This document shows positions 27,223 to 37,566 of a stretch of 51,902 nucleotides of DNA, piece by piece. The DNA comes from Methanobacteriota archaeon (GTDB lineage Archaea; Thermoplasmatota; Poseidoniia; Poseidoniales; Poseidoniaceae): the NCBI GenBank assembly GCA_018623995.1, contig JAAZUV010000001.1, forward strand, positions 1 through 51,902, in the 5' to 3' direction. Position 1 is the first letter of the stretch. Each line of letters begins with the position of its first letter. A program made the translations under genes and the position numbers. The notes under the pieces are model-generated. The model did no database searches, had not been told where the DNA came from, and saw only the letters and a list, made by a program, of their open reading frames with translations.

Positions 27223-29246
27223 TGTTCCCTTTGTTCGGGCTCTTTCTTTGTTGAAGTGCGTGCAAACAGAGAGGTAGCAAACCACACAGAGAAAATGAGG
27301 AAGAAGAGCGTGAGCACGAACGATTGATCACCAATCAAGGGAATCTTATCGTCTTCAACAGCCTTGAGTTCAACATCAATAGTCCAAGATTCTCCATTGA
27401 ACGATTGAAGGTGAACAGTTCCCATAACATACATGTTGTCTTGAAGAAGTCCTTGTGGATCAACATTCAATACAATGGTACCATTGCCATTCTCAATCTC
27501 TACGGTCGGTTCTGCTGTGGCGATGCGTGACAGAGGTCCTTCAATTTCAATCGTGTATTCTGCAGAGCCAATTCCTTCGCCTTTGTACGGGATGATGAGT
27601 GTACTTGAATCAACCACAGGTATTGTTTCCTCTAAACGCATACTTATTGGAAGAGGAATTGAGCCAAGTGTTGTGATGGAAATTTGTACATCAAAGACAT
27701 CATCTCCACATTGTATTGTGCCAGTGAACGTAGCTGTAGAGTCAATCATGCCGACCTCGGTGAATGTCCCATAGTGCTTTGAGCCAATTGCTGAATCGTT
27801 TGTAAATGTGACTTGACGACCATCGCTACCACCGAGGGTACCCCAGCATGGTTCCGTTGAACCACTCGAAATTTGTTCAAACACAAGTGGGTCTTCTTGT
27901 AGGAGTGTTGTCCCAAAATCATCGAAATTGATGTGCGTTGATGGCGAGCAATTTGAGGAATGAAATTCGAGATTCCACTGTCCTTCATCCTCAACAACTC
28001 GAACATGCCACGGAACGAGGATACCATCGTGGTCGCGTATGAGAATACCACGTTCACCAAATTCATCACCTGGTTGAAACAAATCACTTGAGACACCATC
28101 GTTAACACCACGTAACTGTTCTTGATTACCATCTGCCTCAATCGTTTTCAGGTATGGTCTTCGTTGGTCAATGTTCATCGCATTGTGTGCTGAATCACCT
28201 GCTGCAAAGTCTTCGAGGAGGACGAGTACACCTTCGCCTGGTAACGATGCATCATACCCTTGTTGTACTCGCTTCTCAATCCAAATGAATTCATCAATCG
28301 ACACCTGTATTCGAACCCTATCGCCTCCGTTGGTTCGATCGTCTAAAGCGATGACTGGACCAATGCAAGGGCTAGGAGAATTCGATGGCCATTCCAGGGA
28401 AACTTCACGCGTTGCTCCGTGGCCGATTGCAGCCATCGTGGGTCCAGTTGGCAGGGATGGTGTGTCACCTCCTCCATTCCAATTGCCGCTCGCCATGATG
28501 TCCCAGACACCGATGCCTTTCCATGAACCCGAGTACCCCGAATCGTGAACGGGATAAAGGTCGTATGCTCCGAATTGGTGCATCATTTCGTGCAGAATGG
28601 TTCCAAATCCATTGACTCCATGCCTCATTGAGGACATCGTGTAATGTTCAAACGAAACATCTCCACTTTTGATGGGCTCTGAGAACGATGTGAAATGTGA
28701 CCAAATACGATTGGAGGAACCAGAACCTTGTTCTTGCGCAAGTGTTGAATGAAGAATGAGAAATCGATCTACAACTCCATCCTCGTTGAGATCGTACTCT
28801 GGTAATGTTGGATCATCAATGGATTCGACAACATACTTTGCAAGTAGAGCGGGTAAGAATTCAGTACCATCGCCATAATCCCGGCCGTATTGTCCATCGT
28901 CACCGTAGGCTGAAAGCGGCTTTGGTGCTCGTATGATTTCATCGTGCATGGTGATGTTCACAATCACCTCTTGACCGAGCGCCTGGGTAAAATACTCTCC
29001 AGAATAGTCCTGAAATTCAGATTCGATTTGTGCTTTCGCATCATTGTTCAGTTGATTCGATTCGAAATCAACGAGAACTACAAACCACGATTCGTTTGTT
29101 TGCAAACCAACCAAAGGCGCATATGTATCCGTTGGGCTTGACACATCGATTTGGAACAGGTCATTGATCTCGTTTGAGTATATTTGGGAGGCGACGGCAA
29201 GAACCAAGCAGAGGACCATCCCAATGGCTTGTCCCGTTTTGCCCAT
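27183..29246 (-). CDS. M6 (immune inhibitor A)-family metalloprotease, membrane anchored
   Basis: VVLVDF, DLNEDGVVD, IWSH, HEMMHQFGAYDLY (HExxH), WDIMASGNWNG, IEADG, C-terminal TM. Confidence 0.85.
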   Translation of the reverse strand: MGKTGQAIGMVLCLVLAVASQIYSNEINDLFQIDVSSPTDTYAPLVGLQTNESWFVVLVDFESNQLNNDAKAQIESEFQDYSGEYFTQALGQEVIVNITMHDEIIRAPKPLSAYGDDGQYGRDYGDGTEFLPALLAKYVVESIDDPTLPEYDLNEDGVVDRFLILHSTLAQEQGSGSSNRIWSHFTSFSEPIKSGDVSFEHYTMSSMRHGVNGFGTILHEMMHQFGAYDLYPVHDSGYSGSWKGIGVWDIMASGNWNGGGDTPSLPTGPTMAAIGHGATREVSLEWPSNSPSPCIGPVIALDDRTNGGDRVRIQVSIDEFIWIEKRVQQGYDASLPGEGVLVLLEDFAAGDSAHNAMNIDQRRPYLKTIEADGNQEQLRGVNDGVSSDLFQPGDEFGERGILIRDHDGILVPWHVRVVEDEGQWNLEFHSSNCSPSTHINFDDFGTTLLQEDPLVFEQISSGSTEPCWGTLGGSDGRQVTFTNDSAIGSKHYGTFTEVGMIDSTATFTGTIQCGDDVFDVQISITTLGSIPLPISMRLEETIPVVDSSTLIIPYKGEGIGSAEYTIEIEGPLSRIATAEPTVEIENGNGTIVLNVDPQGLLQDNMYVMGTVHLQSFNGESWTIDVELKAVEDDKIPLIGDQSFVLTLFFLIFSVWFATSLFARTSTKKEPEQREHHEAEEFLPGDHL

Positions 29247-29296
29247 GCCTAACTGACCTCATCGGTTCGTTTCAATTGTTGGGTTCTGTGTCTGTA

Positions 29297-30586
29297 TTAT
29301 GTTCGAATTGCATCCTTTTCATCATCAGACCAACTTTTTCCAGATACTCGCAATGTGCCTTGTATTAATTCTGGCCATTGCTTTGCATCTACAAACCTCA
29401 GCTTCGTTCTTTCCTCTGGTTCAACATGACGCATGCATGCGTCCAAACGTTGTTTTGAAGACCATGGATCAACTACGTTTTCCAGATGGATATTGACTTC
29501 CTTACGTAACTGAATATTGTCGTTGGGTAACGAGCCTTGAAGACCGAGAAGGTCAAGACCACGCAACGTGCAACGTGCCGAAGAAACAGTGTCCTGAAAC
29601 GCTTCAGGTAATGGTGATGCATCGCATCCTCCAATGATCACGTCGGTTAGTTGATGTTTGGACACCATAGAAATGAGGTGATTTCGCTCACCGATGTTGT
29701 CGCAAAGAGATTCATATCGTAAAAGACCGGTATGTTCTGGTGATGTATCGATTGGATAAGCAACACCTTGGCATGAACAATCAACATACGTTACGTAACG
29801 TCGACGTCCCTCGTGATCAAAAATGGCTGAGGGGTTGTATATTTCGTTCGATACACGTATGCTTTTTCGGATGGAGAATTCGAGATAGATGATCATCAAA
29901 CTTAGGAGGATGATGTTGACACCGTTCCATCGTCCTGGTAGTGAGAGAAAGAGTACGAGACCGCCAATTCCGAGCAAACGAATCCGCCACCAATCCTGAT
30001 TGTTCTCGGTAATGAGTCCAAGTGCTCCAGATGTTGTTGTTGCAAATGCAAGAATGTACGTGATAAGAAGTCCCCAGAAGATGGATAAGGCAAGAACGAA
30101 CAATGAAACGGCATTATACTGAGCGGTTAATCCCATGTCGGAATGAATGGAATCTCCCACATCATACAGTTTCGGAATGAAAACGTAAAACAAGGCAAAC
30201 AATGTGAAGTAGCCCAGTGTCGTAGAAGAAAGCATCCAACGCTTCAACATGGATTGTTCATCTTGGGTTAAACCAGGTGCGGCAAATCGATACATCGATA
30301 CCAGTGCAAACGGAAGGACACACAATATTGCAAGAAATACGGCACTTAACCATCGTACAACACTCCATGAAGCAGGTTCGTAGAGTGTTAAACAGTCCGA
30401 CGTTCCGCACGGATTGAGGTGTGCAAGAACCACGCTCAAGATCTCATCAATGGTTGTCATTATTCCAATCGTTAGCACTGCAATGAGAACAAAACCAAGC
30501 GTTGCTTTTTGCGTCAATGTATCGAAGTGGACTTGGACAGGTAAAGCAAAGTCTCCTTCGAGCTTCAAGCCACTTGGAGCGGACAA
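29297..30586 (-). CDS. tatC: TatC-like twin-arginine translocase subunit fused to a Cys-rich soluble C-terminal domain
   Basis: LTLYEP...LP...YRFAAPGLTQDE TatC-type signature, about 6 TMs, then a ~170-aa soluble extension. Confidence 0.7.
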   Translation of the reverse strand: MSAPSGLKLEGDFALPVQVHFDTLTQKATLGFVLIAVLTIGIMTTIDEILSVVLAHLNPCGTSDCLTLYEPASWSVVRWLSAVFLAILCVLPFALVSMYRFAAPGLTQDEQSMLKRWMLSSTTLGYFTLFALFYVFIPKLYDVGDSIHSDMGLTAQYNAVSLFVLALSIFWGLLITYILAFATTTSGALGLITENNQDWWRIRLLGIGGLVLFLSLPGRWNGVNIILLSLMIIYLEFSIRKSIRVSNEIYNPSAIFDHEGRRRYVTYVDCSCQGVAYPIDTSPEHTGLLRYESLCDNIGERNHLISMVSKHQLTDVIIGGCDASPLPEAFQDTVSSARCTLRGLDLLGLQGSLPNDNIQLRKEVNIHLENVVDPWSSKQRLDACMRHVEPEERTKLRFVDAKQWPELIQGTLRVSGKSWSDDEKDAIRT

Positions 30587-30595
30587 ATGATTCCC

Positions 30596-31561
30596 TCACA
30601 CCAAATCGTGGTGCTCAGGGTTTGCCCGTGCTTGTACAATGGTTCGGTAAACACCGAACATACCCCAAAGTGTGAGCATTCCAAGAACCAATGCATAGCC
30701 CCATGGTTGACCGTCATCAACTGCCCAGCCAAAGGCAAGGAGCACAGCGAGTGTGAGCAATCCTCGTCGAATTCCTTGCGGAACTGCCAATCGCATGTCA
30801 AGGTGCTTAGGGCCACCACCAAATCGGCGTTCGTAGAATTCACCTTGAACAACTGCACCAACGAGGATGATGGACAAAGTCGTCCAGTAGAACAAATTAC
30901 CGTTGGTAAAGAAATCATCAGCGATCTCTGCTTGTCGCTTTGCTTCAAGTGCTTCAGGGTCCTCTTCGGCAACAAAGAGTGATTCAAAGTCACCAACACT
31001 GATGGTTCGCAGTGCGAGATTCTCTTCATCATCGTTGGTCATCGTATCTGGTGAAGAGATGAAGAACGACAAGAGATTCCAGTTGTCACCCTCGTTTGCT
31101 CCGTTCATACCATCGACTGCGTTACCAGCGAGTGAAAAGGAAACATCCCCAACATCCGTTGATGGTGCAGTCCAGGTGACAACCCAATCGTTGCTTGGAG
31201 CCGTTTGTGATACTGCTCCTGGTTCAGAGCCATCGGTGTCGGTAACAATTTGAGAACCTTCTCCAGCAGTAAACGTCCCTGATCCGTAGTCGCTTAGCAA
31301 GAAACCTCCGTTATCATACGATGCATGTTGTAGGTTGATGGTGAATTCATAGGATTCTCCAAGAGCGTAAGCGCGTGGAACGCCTGAAATTGATACGACG
31401 ACATCGTTGGATGGAACGCCATCACCGTGGCAAGTGCATCCGGTTTCAACAGTCAATCCACCGTTGATTGGATTGATCCATGGAGGGCCGTTTGGGTTGG
31501 CGACAACCGGCGCAAGAAGGCAAATTGAAAGCAACAAAATGAGAAGTGTCCTTGACCTCAT
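30596..31561 (-). CDS. Exported reeler/choice-of-anchor-V-like domain protein with CxCH motif and three C-terminal TMs
   Basis: Signal peptide, NPNGP...GCTCHG, W-x-x-T-W-T-A-P, AGNAVDG...GDNW, C-terminal hydrophobic segments. Confidence 0.7.
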   Translation of the reverse strand: MRSRTLLILLLSICLLAPVVANPNGPPWINPINGGLTVETGCTCHGDGVPSNDVVVSISGVPRAYALGESYEFTINLQHASYDNGGFLLSDYGSGTFTAGEGSQIVTDTDGSEPGAVSQTAPSNDWVVTWTAPSTDVGDVSFSLAGNAVDGMNGANEGDNWNLLSFFISSPDTMTNDDEENLALRTISVGDFESLFVAEEDPEALEAKRQAEIADDFFTNGNLFYWTTLSIILVGAVVQGEFYERRFGGGPKHLDMRLAVPQGIRRGLLTLAVLLAFGWAVDDGQPWGYALVLGMLTLWGMFGVYRTIVQARANPEHHDLV

Positions 31562-31623
31562 GATTCCCTCTCCGTTTTGGCCACTTCAATTCATCCTTTC
31601 AACGTTCCTTCAAGTCCATGGAT

Positions 31624-33045
31624 TCAGGACTCTTTGATGGCGTTGTTGAGTCCAGTCATCATGGCTTTTCCATCGCCAAAGAGCATCATGGTTTTGTCCA
31701 TGTAGAACAGATCGTTGTCGACACCCGCATACCCAACAGAGAGCGACCTCTTGACGATGACCACCGTTCGGGCAGCATCTGCATCGATGATTGGCATACC
31801 AGCGAGAGGACCTTCTCCACTGCGTGCAGCAGGGTTGGTTGTATCGTTTGCACCAATCACGAGAGCAACGTCGCAATCAGGGAATTCTGGGTTGATTTCA
31901 TCCATTTCGATGAGTTGTTCGTATGGTACATTTGCTTCTGCCAACAGCACGTTCATGTGACCAGGCATCCGACCAGCTACTGGGTGAATGGCGTACTTGA
32001 CTTCAGTGTCGTATTTCTCAGCAATCAGATCAGCAAATTCCTTGACTTGGTGTTGGCATTGTGATACAGCCATTCCGTAACCAGGTACAATGATGACCTT
32101 CTGTGCTCCGTCAAGCATCATAGCGACTTCGTCAGGGTCAGATCCAACCTTCGTACGAGTCAGGGATTCCTTTTCGCCACTACCTCCAAAGGACTTGAAC
32201 AAAACATCAGGAAGCGTCCGGTTCATCGCCTTGCACATGATGAAGGTGAGAATGAGCCCAGATGCGCCGACCAAAGAACCTGCAACGATAAGCACAGAGT
32301 TTCCGATGATGAAACCTGTAAAGGCAGCTGCAATTCCAGAGAGCGAGTTGAGGAGGGATACGACAACAGGCATATCTGCTCCTCCGATTGGAAGGACGAG
32401 GACAATACCAAGCAGGGACGAAATACCGATGATTCCCCAGAGGTAATTCTCATCGGTTGGTGCATCGATGCTGAGGTAGATGAGGACAGCAACGCCAACG
32501 ACCATCATTACCTTCACTGGGTTCAGCCAAACTGGGCCCCATGTCGGTGTTTTGATCCACTTTCCAAAGATGCTCACACCTCCCTTGAGTTTGAACATTG
32601 CAAGAAGAGAACCGGTGAGTGTCATCCAACCGACGAGAGCTGACAAACCAGCAGCCACCATGATGACGGTTATCTCAAGTTGGTCCGTTGGAACATTCGA
32701 AGGATCTTCCATGTATCTCCAGACTTCCGAGAGAGCAACAAGTGCCGATGCAGCTCCTCCAAAACCGTTGAAGAGAGCGACAAGTTCTGGCATACCCGTC
32801 ATTTCGACTCGGATGGCCATCCAGAGTCCAATGAGCGAACCTATGACAAGACCTGCTCCAATGAGTACCCATTCAATTCCGTCCCCAAGTCCCATTTGGA
32901 GGATGGTTGTTACAACAGCAACAAGCATACCAAGAGCACCGAGTTGATTTCCAAATGGTGCCGTTCGAGGATGTCCAAGTTTCTTCAGACCGAAGATGAA
33001 TAAGGCAGCAGACAAGAGGTAGCCGAGTGAGATCCAATCTTCCAT
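31624..33045 (-). CDS. pntB: NAD(P) transhydrogenase beta subunit
   Basis: MTGMPELVALFNGFGG, IGGADMPVVVSLLNS, VPGYGMAV, IHPVAGRMPGHMNVLLAEA. GGAGGTG RBS before ATG 33045. Confidence 0.96.
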   Translation of the reverse strand: MEDWISLGYLLSAALFIFGLKKLGHPRTAPFGNQLGALGMLVAVVTTILQMGLGDGIEWVLIGAGLVIGSLIGLWMAIRVEMTGMPELVALFNGFGGAASALVALSEVWRYMEDPSNVPTDQLEITVIMVAAGLSALVGWMTLTGSLLAMFKLKGGVSIFGKWIKTPTWGPVWLNPVKVMMVVGVAVLIYLSIDAPTDENYLWGIIGISSLLGIVLVLPIGGADMPVVVSLLNSLSGIAAAFTGFIIGNSVLIVAGSLVGASGLILTFIMCKAMNRTLPDVLFKSFGGSGEKESLTRTKVGSDPDEVAMMLDGAQKVIIVPGYGMAVSQCQHQVKEFADLIAEKYDTEVKYAIHPVAGRMPGHMNVLLAEANVPYEQLIEMDEINPEFPDCDVALVIGANDTTNPAARSGEGPLAGMPIIDADAARTVVIVKRSLSVGYAGVDNDLFYMDKTMMLFGDGKAMMTGLNNAIKES

Positions 33046-33046
33046 T

Positions 33047-33358
33047 TCAGGCACCTCCTCGCTTCTTACCAGCAATCATGTTGAGCATACGATTCGTCAC
33101 AGCGAATCCTCCAACGACGTTGATCATGGCAAGTACAACCGCAACAAACGCAAGGATGCCCGAAACGGCAGTAGCACCACCGTCATACGCTACATTTGCT
33201 CCGATGAGGGCCCCGATGATCGAGATTCCTGAAATGGCGTTTGCACCGCTCATCAATGGTGTGTGGAGGGTTGCTGGAACCTTTGTGATAAGTTCAAATC
33301 CAAGGAAAATAGCAAGTACGAACAGTGTAATATTTCCAATCAAAAATTCAGGGGTCAT
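33047..33358 (-). CDS. pntA: NAD(P) transhydrogenase alpha subunit, membrane part (split alpha)
   Basis: VPATLHTPLMSGANAISG, NVVGGFAVTNRML. Confidence 0.95.
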   Translation of the reverse strand: MTPEFLIGNITLFVLAIFLGFELITKVPATLHTPLMSGANAISGISIIGALIGANVAYDGGATAVSGILAFVAVVLAMINVVGGFAVTNRMLNMIAGKKRGGA

Positions 33359-34518
33359 TCGAGGGCACCTCCCAATCGGGTTTGCTTTGGATGCATTTCT
33401 CCGTTCTGGCAGATGAGAACGCCTCCCATGCCGTTGACATAGAAATCGCTGCCTTCAGGAGCACCGACCAAAATGTCGTCTTCTTCGGAGATGACGATGG
33501 CTCCATCATCGACGAGTGAAGTAATGAACGTGGTGAGGTTGTTGGAATACAGCATGCTTGCGGTTGTGGCAATTGTACCTGGTAGATTTGAGGTTCCAAC
33601 AACGATGACTCCATTGTCAGTCGTGATAACTTCACCTGCAACTGTATCTTCGCAGTTTCCGCCCACATCAGCATTCATGTCGACAACAACTGCTCCAGAT
33701 TTGAATTCTTTAACCGCACTCGATGGAACGGTGATTGGCGCTGGACGGCCAAAAATTCTTGCCGTTGTGACGATAATATCGGCATCCGATGCAACTCCAC
33801 ACACTGTATCGTTCACTTTCTGGATAAACTCAGGAGTGAGGGGCTTCGCATAACCAGCTTCATCCTCGAAATCGTCCATGCCATCAACCTCGATGAATCG
33901 ACCACCAACGGATTCGATTTGTTCTGCTGCTGATTTCCGAACGTCGGACGCATAAACGACAGCACCCAGTCGCTTCGCTGTGGCAATGGCTTGCAAACCA
34001 GCAACACCAGATCCCATAATCACCACTTTTGCAGGACGTACTGTTCCTGCTGAGGTTGTCATCATAGGGATGCCCTTTGGAACGTGGGCCGCACCGAGTA
34101 GAACGGCCTTGTATCCTGCGAGGTTGTCTTGGCTTGAGTTCACGTCCATTGATTGGGCTCGACTCAAACGTCGTGGAATCATGTCCATTGATAGGAGAGT
34201 GATATTGTTTGCAAGGCAGTCTTTGACGAACTGCGGATTACGGAATGGATCCGATACACAGGCAAGATTTGTGCCTTCTTTCATTCCTTCAACACCGGGA
34301 AATCGAATGGTGATAATCGTCTCACATGCGAGTGCATCATCTCGACTGCCTACGGTTGCTCCGGCTGCTTCATACTCAGCATCATGATAGTTTGCAGCCA
34401 CGCCCGCTCCCGATTCGATGACAACCTCAAAACCTGCTTTTTGCAACTTCTTGAGGCTTGTAGGAACGATAGCAACTCGTGTCTCTCCTTCCGGTTCTTT
34501 GAGTACGCCCAACTTCAT
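33355..34518 (-). CDS. pntA: NAD(P) transhydrogenase alpha subunit, NAD-binding domain I (split alpha)
   Basis: ETRVA, RAQSMD, AGYKAV, GSGVAGLQAIATAKRLGA, GGNCE. Confidence 0.95.
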   Translation of the reverse strand: MKLGVLKEPEGETRVAIVPTSLKKLQKAGFEVVIESGAGVAANYHDAEYEAAGATVGSRDDALACETIITIRFPGVEGMKEGTNLACVSDPFRNPQFVKDCLANNITLLSMDMIPRRLSRAQSMDVNSSQDNLAGYKAVLLGAAHVPKGIPMMTTSAGTVRPAKVVIMGSGVAGLQAIATAKRLGAVVYASDVRKSAAEQIESVGGRFIEVDGMDDFEDEAGYAKPLTPEFIQKVNDTVCGVASDADIIVTTARIFGRPAPITVPSSAVKEFKSGAVVVDMNADVGGNCEDTVAGEVITTDNGVIVVGTSNLPGTIATTASMLYSNNLTTFITSLVDDGAIVISEEDDILVGAPEGSDFYVNGMGGVLICQNGEMHPKQTRLGGALE

Positions 34519-34647
34519 GATAACACCGTTGTTTTTTGCCAACATGAGGGGGTTCTTCAATACCACCCATGACTCCTATCAAATGGGACAACAGCCAACC
34601 ATCTTGATTAAAAACATTCGACCATGACCAGCAACTGGCGAGAAATC

Positions 34648-35589
34648 ATGTCAAGAGGAAGTCGAAAAATCGCAGTAATTGGTGCAGGAAACGTTGGCGC
34701 AACATGTGCTTTTGTTCTAGCAAATATGAAGATTGCAGATGTTGTTTTGTTGGATATTTACGAAGGATTTGCGAAAGGGAAAGCACTTGACATGAGTCAA
34801 AATGCGAATGTTTTGAACTACAATGGAACCATCACTGGCACGTCCAATTATGAGGATATTGCTGGTGCTGATGTCGTTGTCGTGACAAGTGGTTTCCCAC
34901 GTCAGCCCGGTATGACTCGGGAAGATTTGATTGGTAAGAACGCAGAGATTGTTGCTCAAGTTGGTGCAGGTATCCGTGATCACGCACCTGATTCAGTTGT
35001 CATTGTCGTTACAAATCCACTGGATTTGATGACCTACCACATGCAGAAAGTGACTGGTTTCCCTGCAAATCGAGTCATTGGACAAGCAGGTGTCCTTGAT
35101 AGCGCTCGAATGGCTCACTTCATTGCGTTGGAACTCAATTGCGCTGAGGAAGATGTGAGTCCAATGGTCCTTGGTGGTCATGGTGATACGATGGTTCCGC
35201 TCCCACGATACACAACTGTTGGAGGTATTCCAATTACGCAACTCATGTCACAAGATCGAATCGATGCAATCTCTGCTCGCACTGCAGGCGGTGGTGGAGA
35301 GATTGTCAAGTTGCTGGAGCGAGGTTCAGCATTCTATGCCCCTGGATCGGCAGCGGCAGTTATGGCAGAATCCGTCCTCAACAACCGACGGCGCCTCTTA
35401 CCTGCTTCATGTCTCATGACAGGACAATACGGTTTGGATGATGTTTACATCGGTGTGCCATGCATTCTGGGTTCGAATGGTGTCGAGAATATTTTTGAGT
35501 TGGAATTGACTGACGACGAACTCAATTCTCTGCAAACGTCTGGAAATTTCTACAAGTCACAACTGGTTGAAATCTTGGGATACAACTGA
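34648..35589 (+). CDS. mdh: Malate dehydrogenase (LDH-like)
   Basis: IGAGNVG, PRQPGMTREDL, VTNPLD, LDSAR, GGHGD, GSAFYAP. Alternative start at 34624. Confidence 0.93.
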   Translation: MSRGSRKIAVIGAGNVGATCAFVLANMKIADVVLLDIYEGFAKGKALDMSQNANVLNYNGTITGTSNYEDIAGADVVVVTSGFPRQPGMTREDLIGKNAEIVAQVGAGIRDHAPDSVVIVVTNPLDLMTYHMQKVTGFPANRVIGQAGVLDSARMAHFIALELNCAEEDVSPMVLGGHGDTMVPLPRYTTVGGIPITQLMSQDRIDAISARTAGGGGEIVKLLERGSAFYAPGSAAAVMAESVLNNRRRLLPASCLMTGQYGLDDVYIGVPCILGSNGVENIFELELTDDELNSLQTSGNFYKSQLVEILGYN

Positions 35590-36870
35590 TTTCATTTGTT
35601 TCGTATTCTTGATCCCAAACAAGTAACGCGTGACAACAGTACGTCGCACTGCTTCAAAGATAATCCAACAACCGGCTGTAACAAAAATGCAGCTGAGTAC
35701 GACTGCAGGAATTCCGGTGAAGCCAAATTCTTTTGCAAGACTCAGTCCAGCAAATGTGAGTGGCATATGGACGATGTAGAATGGGTACACGCCCTGATTG
35801 AGATAAGCAAGGGATGCACTGTTCTTGTTGAGAAGATGGGCTCCCCATGCAAAAACTGTGAGACACCAGAACCATGCGTGAAAACTGTGGATGAAGCAAC
35901 TAAGAATGGTCATCTGATTATGGAGAATATTGTTCTCAATCCAACCACCGTCCATGTAAGGAATTCCATCCTCATGCTGTTGAAGTCGAATGAGGACAAA
36001 TGCAATGGTTAGTACCACGGTGAGAATGGTTATGATATTCCTATTTGAACTCAGGAAATCGTAATACAGTTCTCTCGAAACAATGCATATGTATCCAAAA
36101 ATGAAGAACACAAGATACCATATCCATTCGTAACCAATGCCAATGAAGCCTGGAAACCATGGCTTGAATACCAATTCTGTCAGGGTAAGCAACATTGGGA
36201 ACAAAACGAAGATTCCGAATCCTCCTTTCAGAGTAAATGCTGAGCGAAACAAACGTGCAAGTTTTCCATCAGAATTCTTCTGTACCATGTGGAAGATGGG
36301 AATGCATAATACGGAGTAGAGAAAGAGATTCCAAAGAAACCACAAGTGGCCTAATGCTATAATTTTTCCAAACAATGGTACCCAAAAAAGGAACGAGGTA
36401 AACAGAACATGCACGAAGAAGGCTACGAGCGTATCAACAAATGAATTCCCCTCAAGATCAACACCTCCCGTGATGATTCCGCCAACGAATCCAACTGTCC
36501 ACATTCCAAAGAACATTGGTACGAGCAATCTTTGAAGCCGTTCGAGCAAGAAGGTTTTCCAACTTCTTCGCTTGAATGCGAAGGCAGTACCCATCCCTGA
36601 AATCATGAAGAGAGCGGCTAACCTCCATTGATGCATCCAGTGAAGAAACATGCTGGTTGGATCGACGGAATCGTATGTGTAATCGTTCCCTTCTTTAGCC
36701 ACTTCTATTCGGTCGTCTGGATCATCTGAGACATTCGGATTGATTTCTTCACCATAAGTTGACCAATATACACCAATTGCTACGTGGAACGGGATAAGTA
36801 ACCCAAAGAGAATCACGCGCAACCAATCGATATCGTATCGACGTTCTGGCTTTTCAGCAAGATTCTCCAC
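35557..36870 (-). CDS. Acyltransferase-3 (OpgC-like) membrane protein
   Basis: RRYDIDWLR, WRLAALFMISG, ERLQRLLVP, HLWFL, YPFYIVH; about 10 TMs. Confidence 0.85.
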   Translation of the reverse strand: MENLAEKPERRYDIDWLRVILFGLLIPFHVAIGVYWSTYGEEINPNVSDDPDDRIEVAKEGNDYTYDSVDPTSMFLHWMHQWRLAALFMISGMGTAFAFKRRSWKTFLLERLQRLLVPMFFGMWTVGFVGGIITGGVDLEGNSFVDTLVAFFVHVLFTSFLFWVPLFGKIIALGHLWFLWNLFLYSVLCIPIFHMVQKNSDGKLARLFRSAFTLKGGFGIFVLFPMLLTLTELVFKPWFPGFIGIGYEWIWYLVFFIFGYICIVSRELYYDFLSSNRNIITILTVVLTIAFVLIRLQQHEDGIPYMDGGWIENNILHNQMTILSCFIHSFHAWFWCLTVFAWGAHLLNKNSASLAYLNQGVYPFYIVHMPLTFAGLSLAKEFGFTGIPAVVLSCIFVTAGCWIIFEAVRRTVVTRYLFGIKNTKQMKSVVSQDFNQL

Positions 36871-36900
36871 GCTGCTTCGAAGGTTGCTGATGTTATATTG

Positions 36901-37557
36901 TTATGGGGGCATTCGGCGAATGGCAAGCGCATATTCAGAACCGACGCTCGTAGCATCTTTAGCGTCGATTGGAACTTGTACAAGCTGCTTACCCATCTTG
37001 CCCCGGCTTCTCATTCGTGTGAGAATTTCCTGTCCAATATAGCAACCTTTGGACTGATGGACAAGATGTTCCAAGCCACAATTGAATGGATGCATATCTT
37101 CAGTGATTTCATGTCCCTGGTATGGAATCATGTTCTTCGATCTGTACTCTGTAAATTGATCGAGAGTCATCGATTCATTCAATGAATTTTTGATCGATGT
37201 GACGAGTATCCAACCCAAGAATGAGCGGGTCACGGTTATACCATGTTCTCCCGGATAGTCTTCAGTACTCAAGTAAGCATTGTTGAGGGTGGTTACATCC
37301 CGAATTGTGACGTTTTGTTGCAGTATTCTAGGTTGGAGGTGGGCGAGAACTTTGTCTTTGTACGGCCCATAGCCGACGACGGCAAGATTGTCTCCAACTT
37401 CTATGACATCAACGACATCAATGATTTTTGCACTCGTTGTCGTAAATACAGTACTACAGGACGAATCAATCTTGTTTGTGGACAGGCCGTCAAGGAATGT
37501 GTATCGATCTTGACCCGAAATGAGCAAAACGTATGCATCAAGTTTGATGATGCCCAT
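36901..37557 (-). CDS. ygfZ: Short YgfZ/Iba57-like protein
   Basis: ISGQDRYTFLDGLSTN and signature KGCYIGQE. Confidence 0.8.
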   Translation of the reverse strand: MGIIKLDAYVLLISGQDRYTFLDGLSTNKIDSSCSTVFTTTSAKIIDVVDVIEVGDNLAVVGYGPYKDKVLAHLQPRILQQNVTIRDVTTLNNAYLSTEDYPGEHGITVTRSFLGWILVTSIKNSLNESMTLDQFTEYRSKNMIPYQGHEITEDMHPFNCGLEHLVHQSKGCYIGQEILTRMRSRGKMGKQLVQVPIDAKDATSVGSEYALAIRRMPP

Positions 37558-37566
37558 GGTTGTTCC

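Noticed and set aside
31610..34572. Chains of long antisense ORFs over pntAB, and 46868-47581 over rps19e
   Set aside because: Typical shadow ORFs from codon bias of well-expressed genes; no recognisable motifs.
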